Shown: in pieces, positions 54,214 to 62,171 of the stretch
How positions within the stretch are numbered: position 1 is the first letter of the stretch
Layout of the letters: each line of letters opens with the position of its first letter
Assembly: GCA_942492715.1 (NCBI GenBank)
Contig: CALOFW010000024.1
Span: 587 to 64,586 of the forward strand
Source of the DNA: Ilumatobacteraceae bacterium
GTDB taxonomy: Bacteria; Actinomycetota; Acidimicrobiia; Acidimicrobiales; Ilumatobacteraceae
Direction: 5' to 3'
DNA length: 64,000 nucleotides
The notes under the pieces: model-generated
Database searches by the model: none
Told to the model about the DNA's origin: nothing
Seen by the model: the letters and a program-made list of their open reading frames with translations, nothing else
Position numbers and translations under genes: made by a program

Positions 54214-56754
54214 TCAGGGGGCGAGGCCGCGGAGGGCGAGGCGGGTGCGCTCGACCGTGGTGGCGACCGGGAGCACGGCGCCGGCGGCGCGGCAGGCGGC
54301 GGCCTGATCGGCGCCGAGCTGCTGCTCGATCGAATCGCGGGTGTCGAGCACCAGGTCGCGCAGCGTCACCATGAGCGGCGGCGCCCCGACCGCGCTGTGG
54401 GCCTCGATCGAACCGAGCACTTCCGCGGCCACCGCAGGCTGGCCGATCCGATCGAGTGCGATCACGCAGCGCATCAGGGTGTGCCACTGCTGTGCCCACT
54501 CACCGGTGCGATACCAGACGTCGACCTGTTCCGCGAGCTCCTCGCAGCCGGGCCCGAGGTCGCCGTGCGACACCCGCAACGCGCCGATCTCGGTCCGAGC
54601 GAACGCGCTCAGCCACCGGTTGCCGACCGATCGGGCCAGACGGTCGCCGTGCGAGAACGCACTCAGCGCGTGCGCGTCGTCGCCGTGGATCGAGAACCCC
54701 TCGGCCACCCACGAGCACGCCAGGTCGGTGACGCCACCGGTGAGTTCGGCGGCGCGTCGGGAGAGCTGACTGAGCCGATGCCCCTCGTCGTAGTCGCCGC
54801 ACGAACTCGCCGCCACCGACGCCATGTAGAAGGCGTGCGCTCGCCGCGAATCGTTCCCCGAGGCGTTGGCCAGTTCGATCAGGTGGGCATTCTCGGCGAT
54901 TCCCCGCTCCAACTCGTCGATCGCGTAGTACACGTTCGCCCGCACCCGCTCCACGAGCCCGACCGGCGCCACCCCGAGCGTCTGCTCGGCGCGCTCAGCA
55001 GCGGCGGCCAGTTCCAGCGACCGACCGAACTCGCCGCGGCAGAAGGCGCCGTAGGCCCGCACGCCGAGCACCACCGGATACGCCGGATGTTCCGAGCCGC
55101 CCGGCATCTCCGACATCGCGTCGGCCCAGGTGAACACCTCGTAGTGGAGCGTGCGCATCCCGTACTCGCGCATGGCGCACGCGAGACCGAACGCCGTGTC
55201 GACGTCACCGATCTCCACCGAGAATCGCTGTGCGGCGCGGAGATCGGCGAACGACGCGTCCGCCCGAGCCACCGCGGCTCCCTCGTCGGTCGAGTTCAGG
55301 CCCGCCTCGATCGCCGCGGCGGCACCGGCGAACTGCCGTGCGTGTGTGGCGTACAGCGTCACGCTCCGCTCGTCGTCGAGGCGACTCCGGCCGTACTCCC
55401 GCAGCGTCTCGAGCATCTCGTACCGCGTCCCGCCGCCGGGTGAACGCCTCACCGCCAGCATCGACCGCTCGGTGAGCCGCGTGAGCACGTCGAGCACGTC
55501 GTCGTCCCCATCGGAGATCGATTCGGCGGCCGCCAGATCGAACTGTCCGGCGAACACCGCCAGCGACGCGAAGACCCGCTTCTCGTCGTCGTCGAGCAGC
55601 TCGTACGACCACCCGATCGCATCCTGCAACGTGCGATGCCGCGGGTCGGCGCCCCGCCGGACCCCCTTGAGGAGACGGAAGCGTTCGTCGAGCCGACTGG
55701 CGATCTCGGCCACGTCGATCGCTCGCGCCCGCGAGGCCGCCAGTTCCAGTGCGAGCGGGATGCCGTCGAGCCGCCGGCAGATCTCCACCACGGCGGGTGC
55801 GTTCTGCTCCGTCAGCTCGAAACCCGGGTCGGCCGCTTGCGCCCGCTCGAGGAACAACGCCACCGCCGGAACGCTCGCGAGGTCGGCGAACGGCGTCGCT
55901 TCGAGATCGTCGACCGACAGCGGCGCCACCGGACGTACGTGTTCACCCATCACCGCCAACGGTTCGCGACTGGTGGCCACGATCGAGACGCGAGGCGCCG
56001 CGCGAAGGATCCGCTCGACCAGCTCGGCGACCGGCTCCACCAGGTGCTCGCAGTTGTCGAGCAGCAACAGGGTGCTGCGGGCGCGGAGCACGTCGACGAT
56101 CGCATCCTCGATCGACAGGCCGAGGCCGGTGTTGACGCCCAACGCTCCCGCGATCGATGCGTAGGCCGCATCGCGGTCGTCGACCGTCACCAGCTCGACG
56201 ACGAAGACGCCATCGGCGTAGTGCGACGCGACCGCCCTGGCCAGCTCCATCCCGAGCGACGTCTTGCCCACACCGGCGCTCCCCACGAGTGTGATCAGCC
56301 GGCTCTCACCGAGTTCTTCGATCAATGCCGCCAGGAACTCGTCACGGCCGATCAGCCGTTGCAGGGCGATCGGCAGTTCGCGCGCCGGCTCGCCGAAGGC
56401 GTTGCCCCGATCGTCGTCGCCGTCACGCACGTCGGCCCGCCCGCCGACGATCCGGACCTCGGCGACGAACTCGTACCCCTTGCCGTGCACGGTGCGGATG
56501 ACGGCCTGGCGGGTGCCGTCGTCACCGACCGCTCGACGCGCCGACTTCATCCGTGACGTGAGCGCCGACTCGCTCACGAAACGATCGCCCCAGATCTCGT
56601 CGAGGAGCTCCTCCTTGCGCACCACCTCGCCGTGGCGCTCGGCGAGGAACTGCAGGACATCGAACACCTGCGGCTCCACCGGCACATCGCTCCCGCCACG
56701 CCGCAACACGACCCGGTCGAGGTCGAGTTCGCAGTCGTTGAATTCGATGATCAT
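54214..56754 (-). CDS. STAND-type regulator: OmpR/PhoB-type winged-helix DNA-binding domain + NB-ARC/AAA ATPase + TPR-like C-terminus
   Basis: MIIEFNDCELDLDRVVLRRGG..FDVLQFLAERHGEVV..IRTVHGKGYEF. Walker A LVGSAGVGKTSL. LLLLDNCEH. GIPLALELAA. Confidence 0.8.
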   Translation of the reverse strand: MIIEFNDCELDLDRVVLRRGGSDVPVEPQVFDVLQFLAERHGEVVRKEELLDEIWGDRFVSESALTSRMKSARRAVGDDGTRQAVIRTVHGKGYEFVAEVRIVGGRADVRDGDDDRGNAFGEPARELPIALQRLIGRDEFLAALIEELGESRLITLVGSAGVGKTSLGMELARAVASHYADGVFVVELVTVDDRDAAYASIAGALGVNTGLGLSIEDAIVDVLRARSTLLLLDNCEHLVEPVAELVERILRAAPRVSIVATSREPLAVMGEHVRPVAPLSVDDLEATPFADLASVPAVALFLERAQAADPGFELTEQNAPAVVEICRRLDGIPLALELAASRARAIDVAEIASRLDERFRLLKGVRRGADPRHRTLQDAIGWSYELLDDDEKRVFASLAVFAGQFDLAAAESISDGDDDVLDVLTRLTERSMLAVRRSPGGGTRYEMLETLREYGRSRLDDERSVTLYATHARQFAGAAAAIEAGLNSTDEGAAVARADASFADLRAAQRFSVEIGDVDTAFGLACAMREYGMRTLHYEVFTWADAMSEMPGGSEHPAYPVVLGVRAYGAFCRGEFGRSLELAAAAERAEQTLGVAPVGLVERVRANVYYAIDELERGIAENAHLIELANASGNDSRRAHAFYMASVAASSCGDYDEGHRLSQLSRRAAELTGGVTDLACSWVAEGFSIHGDDAHALSAFSHGDRLARSVGNRWLSAFARTEIGALRVSHGDLGPGCEELAEQVDVWYRTGEWAQQWHTLMRCVIALDRIGQPAVAAEVLGSIEAHSAVGAPPLMVTLRDLVLDTRDSIEQQLGADQAAACRAAGAVLPVATTVERTRLALRGLAP

Positions 56755-56843
56755 CCGCACGCCCCCCGCCGGTGAACGGCATCCGCTCACCAGCCTGTCG
56801 GACGAGCTTGCCACGTTCTGGTGTGGTGGCGCGTCGGTGCCGG

Positions 56844-58091
56844 TCACACCCGGCTGGCGGTGGTCGCGAGATGGCCGACCAGATGCGTCGCGAGGTCGTC
56901 GGCGTCGGGGCCGACCCCGTCGAGGAAACTCGACTTGCGACGTCGCAGGAACGGCAGCCCCAGCACGTACATACCCGGCACGGGAAGCACGCCGCCGTCG
57001 TGCACGAGTCGCCCCTTCCGGTCCAGCAGCCGCGGATCGAGCCACGGGTAGGTCGGCCGGAACCCGGTGGCCCACACAACGGTGCCGATCGAGCGCAGGT
57101 CGGCCTCCAACACCGGCGGCCCCACCGCGGTGGGGGCGGGGCGCGACGGCTCGCGGAGTTCGCCGTCGAGGCCGTGGGCAGTGGCGTACTCGTCGCACAG
57201 GTCGAGCAACCGGCCCTGCTTGAGGTCGGCCGACGCGCACATGTTGGCGAACGAACCGGAGAACTGCGCCCGGTGTCCGCTGCACCCCACGAGGCGTCCG
57301 ACGAGCCGAGCCCCGTTGGCGGCCACGGCGTTCAGGTCGAGGTCGCGCCGTTCCGGTGTGCCGACCAGCTGCAGTGACGGCAGACGCCGGGCGCGGCCGA
57401 TGTCGGGCACCTCGTCGTAGCGCTCGTCGAGCTGACCGACGGCGTCCATCCACCAGTGGATGTCCATGCCCCGATAGGTGCGGGGCAGGCGGACGTGGTC
57501 GCCGACGGCCAGCGTCACCTCGCGACCCGCTCGGCTGAGTTCGTCGGCGATCTGCAGCCCGGACGCCGACGCCCCGACGACCAGCACGCCGCCGTCGGCG
57601 AGCCGATCGGGAGCGCGGTAGCGGATCGGCGACACGTGGTCGAGATGATCCGGCATGCCGTTCGCGATCGGCGGGATGTGCGGATCGCTGCAGGCACCGG
57701 TGGCGAGCACCACCGCCCGCGCACGCCACTCGCCGTCATCGGTGGCGACGACGTGCGACGTGTCGGACGACTCGATGTCAGTCACGCCGGTGCCGTGCCG
57801 GACCGGCGCGTCGAACGAGCGCCGGTAGTCGTCCAGGTGGGCGGCCACCTCGACGGCGGTCATGTAGCCGTCGGGGTCGTCGCCCCGGTAGGCCCAACCG
57901 GGGAGGCGGCTCAGCCAGTTGGGCGTGAGCAACCGGAGCGAGTCCCAACGTTGCGTCCTCCACGAGTTGGCGGTGTCGCCGCGTTCGAGCACGATGTGAT
58001 CGACGGATCGACGGGTCAGGCAGTGGCTCATCGCCAAGCCCGCCTGCCCGCCGCCGATCACGACGACATCGGTGGTTCGTGGTGCAGTCAT
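56844..58091 (-). CDS. flavin-containing monooxygenase-type NAD(P)/FAD-dependent oxidoreductase (paralogue of 29392..30573)
   Basis: DVVVIGGGQAGLAMSHCL. WRTQRWDSLRLLTPN. VLVVGASASGLQIA. WATGFRP. Confidence 0.8.
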   Translation of the reverse strand: MTAPRTTDVVVIGGGQAGLAMSHCLTRRSVDHIVLERGDTANSWRTQRWDSLRLLTPNWLSRLPGWAYRGDDPDGYMTAVEVAAHLDDYRRSFDAPVRHGTGVTDIESSDTSHVVATDDGEWRARAVVLATGACSDPHIPPIANGMPDHLDHVSPIRYRAPDRLADGGVLVVGASASGLQIADELSRAGREVTLAVGDHVRLPRTYRGMDIHWWMDAVGQLDERYDEVPDIGRARRLPSLQLVGTPERRDLDLNAVAANGARLVGRLVGCSGHRAQFSGSFANMCASADLKQGRLLDLCDEYATAHGLDGELREPSRPAPTAVGPPVLEADLRSIGTVVWATGFRPTYPWLDPRLLDRKGRLVHDGGVLPVPGMYVLGLPFLRRRKSSFLDGVGPDADDLATHLVGHLATTASRV

Positions 58092-58134
58092 CGGACTCAC
58101 TCCGGTACTCGCCGCCAGCCGCTCGGTCGACGGT

Positions 58135-58710
58135 TCAGTTGACCGAGACGACGATCGACGTCGGGTTGGCGATGACGTCGAACGATGCCGATCGCTTCTG
58201 AGACTGGGCGACGATGCCCTCGAGCTCGGCCTCGGTGGCGTCGGCATCGATGTCGTAGTGCACCCGGATCGCGGAGAACCCGTTGCGGACGTCGCTGTCG
58301 ATGCCCAGGATCCCGGCGAGGTCCATGTTCGCCTCCACGGTCGCCTTCACCGAGCGGAGCTGCACCCCGCGGTGGGTCGCCACCGACGCGACACCGGCGG
58401 TCAGGCAGCCGGCAAGGCCGATCAGCAACATCTCCGGCGGCGTCGGGCCGTTGTCGGCAGAGGCGAAGAGCTCCGGGTGGTCGGTGTCGGCCGAGTACGG
58501 CTGGCGGTGGGTCTGCTCGCCGCCGGCCCCGCTGAACTTCTCGACGGTCGTGCGGCTGTGGGTGCCGTTGACCCACTCGCAGTCGGCGCGCCACGTGAAC
58601 TGCGCCAGCTCCGGCATCTCGGTCATGTGATCCCGGGCGCCGAGCAGGGCTTCGACGTTGACGCCGTTGTCGACGGCGGGGGTTTCGGTGCTGGTTTGGG
58701 TGATGGTCAT
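58135..58710 (-). CDS. OsmC-family protein (peroxiredoxin-like)
   Basis: GGAG RBS. PPEMLLIGLAGCLTAGVASVA..IRVHYDIDADATEAELEGIV..SASFDVI. Confidence 0.8.
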   Translation of the reverse strand: MTITQTSTETPAVDNGVNVEALLGARDHMTEMPELAQFTWRADCEWVNGTHSRTTVEKFSGAGGEQTHRQPYSADTDHPELFASADNGPTPPEMLLIGLAGCLTAGVASVATHRGVQLRSVKATVEANMDLAGILGIDSDVRNGFSAIRVHYDIDADATEAELEGIVAQSQKRSASFDVIANPTSIVVSVN

Positions 58711-58879
58711 GGTGGTTGCTCCTTCGGGTCCGGACGGGATCGGTGTCCCGTACCGGGTCGGTGGTTGTCGAGCACCACCGTGACGGAACGCCCGAGCCGA
58801 TGCTTGGAGACGAGGTGGAGATGACCCGAAGATGCATCTCCATCCGGTCTCCAAGACCTGACGGGCCGACATCGTCACG

Positions 58880-59734
58880 ATGGAACCCATGACCACGAAC
58901 GACACAACCCACGAAACGACGGGCAAGGATCATCCGGCCGACAGACCGGAGGGCCACGACTGGGAGGTGGCCGGCTCTGCCTGGGGGCGGTGCTCACGCG
59001 ACTGGGCGTGCCTGTTCGAGCACTACGCGGTCGACGTGATCCAGGCGATCTTCCGCCGCGTCGGCGTCGACGAGGGCACGTCGATGCTCGACATCGCGTG
59101 CGGGTCGGGGCTGGCCGTCCGCTATGCGGACGAGATGGGCGCCGACGCCGCCGGGATCGACGCGGCGGCACCACTGGTCGAGATCGCCCGCGACCGCGCC
59201 CCCGATGCCGACCTTCGTATCGGCAACATGTTCGAGCTGCCGTGGGCCGACGAGTCCTTCGACGCGGTCACGTCGATCAACGGGGTGTGGGGCGGCTGCG
59301 AGGGCGCGCTCGTCGAGGCCCATCGAGTGCTGAAGCCCGGTGGCCGCATCGGGATCAGCTTCTGGGGCAAGGGGCACCTCGACCTGCGCGCCTGCTTCAT
59401 CGCCTTCGCACTGAACGCGCCGGAGACGCACATGGACGGGATGCGGCGCACCAACGACATCGCCCGTCCCGGCGTCGCCGAGGCGATGCTGGAGTCGACC
59501 GGCTTCGAGGTGCTCGAACGAGGCGGCCGCACCTCGACCGTCGAGTGGCCGGACGCCGACACGGCCTGGCGAGCGATCTCGAGCGTCGGGCCCGCTGTGC
59601 CCGCACTGGAGAAGGTGGGCGCCGACGTGCTGCGCCCGCAGGTGATGGAGTCCGTCGAGACCCTGAAGGACCGCCACGGCATCTACCGGTTCTGCAACGA
59701 CCAACAGTTCGTCATCGCCCGCAAGCCCGCCTGA
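58880..59734 (+). CDS. class I SAM-dependent methyltransferase
   Basis: MLDIACGSGLAVRYA (motif I). FDAVTSINGVW. LKPGGRIGISFWG. Confidence 0.8.
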   Translation: MEPMTTNDTTHETTGKDHPADRPEGHDWEVAGSAWGRCSRDWACLFEHYAVDVIQAIFRRVGVDEGTSMLDIACGSGLAVRYADEMGADAAGIDAAAPLVEIARDRAPDADLRIGNMFELPWADESFDAVTSINGVWGGCEGALVEAHRVLKPGGRIGISFWGKGHLDLRACFIAFALNAPETHMDGMRRTNDIARPGVAEAMLESTGFEVLERGGRTSTVEWPDADTAWRAISSVGPAVPALEKVGADVLRPQVMESVETLKDRHGIYRFCNDQQFVIARKPA

Positions 59735-59749
59735 CTCGCACCCTGCTTC

Positions 59750-59799
59750 GTTTGCGACGAGATCTCGGTGACCCGCCCCACCCGGAATGCAGCGCAAAC
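59750..59799 (+). repeat. 50-nt palindromic intergenic element, copy G
   Basis: GTTTGCGACGAGATCTCGGTGACCCGCCCCACCCGGAATGCAGCGCAAAC. Starts 16 nt after stop 59734. Confidence 0.7.
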
Positions 59800-59828
59800 G
59801 ACGAATCGGGGATCGGTACCGTGGCGGC

Positions 59829-60356
59829 GTGGATCCGCGTGTGGCCGAGCTGATCGAGCAGTACGGGTTCGAGCCGCTGCCCGTGGAGGGCACGCTGTTC
59901 GTGAGCACCTACCGGTCGACCGACGACACGCCGGACGGCGGGCCGGTCGGCACGGCGATGATCGGCATGTACGCCCACGAGCCGATCAGCCGCTCGCTGT
60001 TCCATCGGCTCCCCACCGACGAGATCTGGCACTTCTACGGCGGCGACCCGATCCGCCTGGTGCTCCTCCACCCCGACGGCACGTCGGCCGACGTCTGGCT
60101 CGGGACCGACGTCGGTGCCGGGCAACGGGTGCAGTTCGTGATCCCCGCGGGGACCTGGCAGGCCGGTGAGCTGCTTCCCGACGGCGTCCACGGGCTGTTC
60201 GGCTGCACGATGGCACCCGGGTTCACCGGCGCCGGATTCGAGGCCGGCACCCGCGCCGCGCTCCTCGCCTCCCACCCCGATCGGGCAGCCGACATCGAAC
60301 GCCTCACCGTCGCCGATGGCAGCCACACCTCCATGCCCGACGGCTTCGCCACCTGA
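59829..60356 (+). CDS. cupin-fold protein, DUF985-like
   Basis: VDPRVAELIEQYGFEPLPVEGTLFVSTYRS..IWHFYGGDPIRLVLL..VIPAGTWQAG..GCTMAPGF. The ORF-track ATG at 59787 lies inside repeat copy G, so the GTG at 59829 is preferred. Confidence 0.7.
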   Translation: MDPRVAELIEQYGFEPLPVEGTLFVSTYRSTDDTPDGGPVGTAMIGMYAHEPISRSLFHRLPTDEIWHFYGGDPIRLVLLHPDGTSADVWLGTDVGAGQRVQFVIPAGTWQAGELLPDGVHGLFGCTMAPGFTGAGFEAGTRAALLASHPDRAADIERLTVADGSHTSMPDGFAT

Positions 60357-60386
60357 CCCGCTCACCACCCCGCCACCGATCACCCC

Positions 60387-60436
60387 GTTTGCGCGACACA
60401 TCGAGTGACCCGGTCCACCCGGAATGCAACGCAAAC
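60387..60436 (+). repeat. 50-nt palindromic intergenic element, copy H
   Basis: GTTTGCGCGACACATCGAGTGACCCGGTCCACCCGGAATGCAACGCAAAC. Lies between convergent stops 60356 and 60479. Confidence 0.7.
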
Positions 60437-60478
60437 GTCGGGGGTGCGCAACACGAGGGATGAGCGGGCGGCGACCGG

Positions 60479-61471
60479 TTACAGGCGGACCATCACCTTG
60501 CCCTGGTTGGCGCCGGTGAACAGGCGGTCGAGCGCGACCGGCGCATTGTCGAGCCCGTCGACCACGTCGACCGCGAACTTCAGCTCTCCGCCCATCACCC
60601 AGCCCGCGAGCTCACCGATCGCCTCGTTGGCGCGGTTCATGTAGTCGAGGATGATGAAGCCCTCCATCCGTCCGCGCTTCGAGATGAGCACCGACAGGTT
60701 GTTCGGCCCGGGCCGGGGCGTGTCGTCGTTGTAGGTGGCGATCGCACCACACAGCACGATGCGGCCGCGCAGCGCGAGGTTGGCGATGCCCGCTTCGAGG
60801 ATGTCGCCGCCGACGTTGTCGAAGAACACGTCGACGCCCTTGGGGCACGCCGCTCGGATCGCCTTGCCGACGTGCTCGGTCCTGTAGTTGATCGCAGCGT
60901 CGAAGCCGAGTTCGTCGACCAGCCAGGCGCACTTCTCGTCGGAGCCGGCAATGCCGACCACCCGGCACCCCTTGATCCGGGCGATCTGGCCGACGACCGA
61001 CCCGGTCGCCCCCGCTGCACCCGACACGAGCACCGTCTCCCCCGCCAGCGGCTGGCCGACGTCGAGCAGGCCGAAGTACGCGGTGAGCCCGGTCACGCCG
61101 AACACGCTCAGCGCTGCGGTCGGATCGATGCCGTCGGGGATCAGGTTGCTCCCGGCGCCCATGATCGCGTACTCCTGCCAACCGGTCATCCCGAACAGCG
61201 TCGAGCCGACCGGGTAGGCGTCGTTGTTCGACTCGATCACCTCGCCGAGGCCACCGCTGCGGATCGGGGCGCCGATCTCGATCGCGGGGAGGTAGGTGTC
61301 CATCGCCATCCATCCGCGGATCGTCGGATCGATCGACAGCCACCCCACCTTCACGAGGGCCTCTCCCTGGCCGGGCGTCGGGATCTCGACCTCGTCGCTG
61401 GCGAAACAGTCGGGCGCCACCTGCCCGACCGGGCGCTTGGCGAGTGTGATGCGGCGGTTGAGTTCGCTCAT
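60479..61471 (-). CDS. NADP-dependent oxidoreductase, medium-chain dehydrogenase/reductase (YncB/CurA, alkenal reductase-like)
   Basis: ITLAKRPVGQV..VGWLSIDPTIRGWM..VLVSGAAGATGSVVGQIARIKGCRVVGIAGS..VFFDNVGG. Confidence 0.85.
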   Translation of the reverse strand: MSELNRRITLAKRPVGQVAPDCFASDEVEIPTPGQGEALVKVGWLSIDPTIRGWMAMDTYLPAIEIGAPIRSGGLGEVIESNNDAYPVGSTLFGMTGWQEYAIMGAGSNLIPDGIDPTAALSVFGVTGLTAYFGLLDVGQPLAGETVLVSGAAGATGSVVGQIARIKGCRVVGIAGSDEKCAWLVDELGFDAAINYRTEHVGKAIRAACPKGVDVFFDNVGGDILEAGIANLALRGRIVLCGAIATYNDDTPRPGPNNLSVLISKRGRMEGFIILDYMNRANEAIGELAGWVMGGELKFAVDVVDGLDNAPVALDRLFTGANQGKVMVRL

Positions 61472-61524
61472 GGCCGCACCCTACGAAGTCACCGCCTGGT
61501 GACGAGACGCAGAGCCCACATCGG

Positions 61525-61671
61525 TCAGTCGTGCGGCATCTCGTGGGGCTCGATCGTCTCCACCACGGCAGCGTGTTCGGGATGGTCGTGGAGGATGTGG
61601 TCCTTCACCTCGTTGTGGTAGCTGAAGATCAGCTCGCAGTACGGGCAGGCGTGTGTGGTCGATCCGCTCAT
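61525..61671 (-). CDS. 48-aa protein with a classical C2H2 zinc-finger spacing
   Basis: MSGSTTHACPYCELIFSYHNEVKDHILHDHPEHAAVVETIEPHEMPHD. Spacing is C-x2-C-x12-H-x4-H with hydrophobic F and V at the canonical positions. Confidence 0.55.
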   Translation of the reverse strand: MSGSTTHACPYCELIFSYHNEVKDHILHDHPEHAAVVETIEPHEMPHD

Positions 61672-61743
61672 GTCACGATCGTCCGCCCGAATCGGTCGCG
61701 CGACCAGGGTCGTTCGGTCCGTCCACGAAGTACGGTCGACGAC

Positions 61744-62124
61744 ATGGACCCCGTGATCGAGGACGTGCTCGCGGCGAACCGTGCGTTCTACGACGCCCAC
61801 GAGTCCCGCGACCTCGACGCGATGCGCTCCGTCTGGGAGCACAGCCAACGCACCGTGTGCGTGCATCCGGGCTGGCCGATCCTGCGCACCTGGCCGATCA
61901 TCGAGGAGTCGTGGCGACGGATCCTCGAGGGCCCCGGGCGCAACCAGTTCATCCTCACCAACGAGGCGGTGGCGATCGATGGCGACATCGCGTGGGTGAC
62001 CCTCGACGAGAACCTGGTCGACGCCGGCGGCACCGGCACGGTCGCAGCAACCAACCTCTACGCCCGCAGCGACGACACCTGGCTGCTCGTCGCCCACCAC
62101 GGCTCCCCCGTCATCTCCCGCTGA
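61744..62124 (+). CDS. SnoaL-like / NTF2-fold protein (DUF4440-type)
   Basis: MDPVIEDVLAANRAFYDAHESRDLDAMRSVWEHSQRTVCVHPGWPILRTWPIIEESW..WLLVAHHGS. Confidence 0.7.
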   Translation: MDPVIEDVLAANRAFYDAHESRDLDAMRSVWEHSQRTVCVHPGWPILRTWPIIEESWRRILEGPGRNQFILTNEAVAIDGDIAWVTLDENLVDAGGTGTVAATNLYARSDDTWLLVAHHGSPVISR

Positions 62125-62126
62125 TC

Positions 62127-62157
62127 GTTACATCTGGGGTCTGACCCCAGATGTAAC
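62127..62157. terminator. near-perfect 31-nt palindrome between convergent genes (possible bidirectional terminator or protein site)
   Basis: GTTACATCTGGGGT-CTG-ACCCCAGATGTAAC: 14-bp stem with a 3-nt loop. The arms are conspicuously AT-richer than the surroundings. Lies 3 nt after stop 62124 and 15 nt before stop 62172. Confidence 0.5.
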
Positions 62158-62171
62158 ACCCGGGGTGACGG

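Noticed and set aside
53060-55443. Recurrent peptide motif VTRPTRNATQT / GDP(S/P)HPK(R/C)NANG in several track ORFs (53060..53785, 53608..55443, 53677..54189 upstream part, 59712..60434).
   Set aside because: It is simply the translation of the 50-nt repeat element in different frames. The ORFs carrying it are otherwise Arg-rich shadow ORFs.
53535-60436. The 50-nt elements considered as integron attC sites. They are same-orientation imperfect palindromes flanking small genes, with TA modules nearby.
   Set aside because: The ends read GTT..AAC rather than the attC arrangement RYYYAAC..GTTRRRY. No intI gene or attI site is present. Flanking genes point in both directions and include ordinary housekeeping genes. 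Spacing is irregular.
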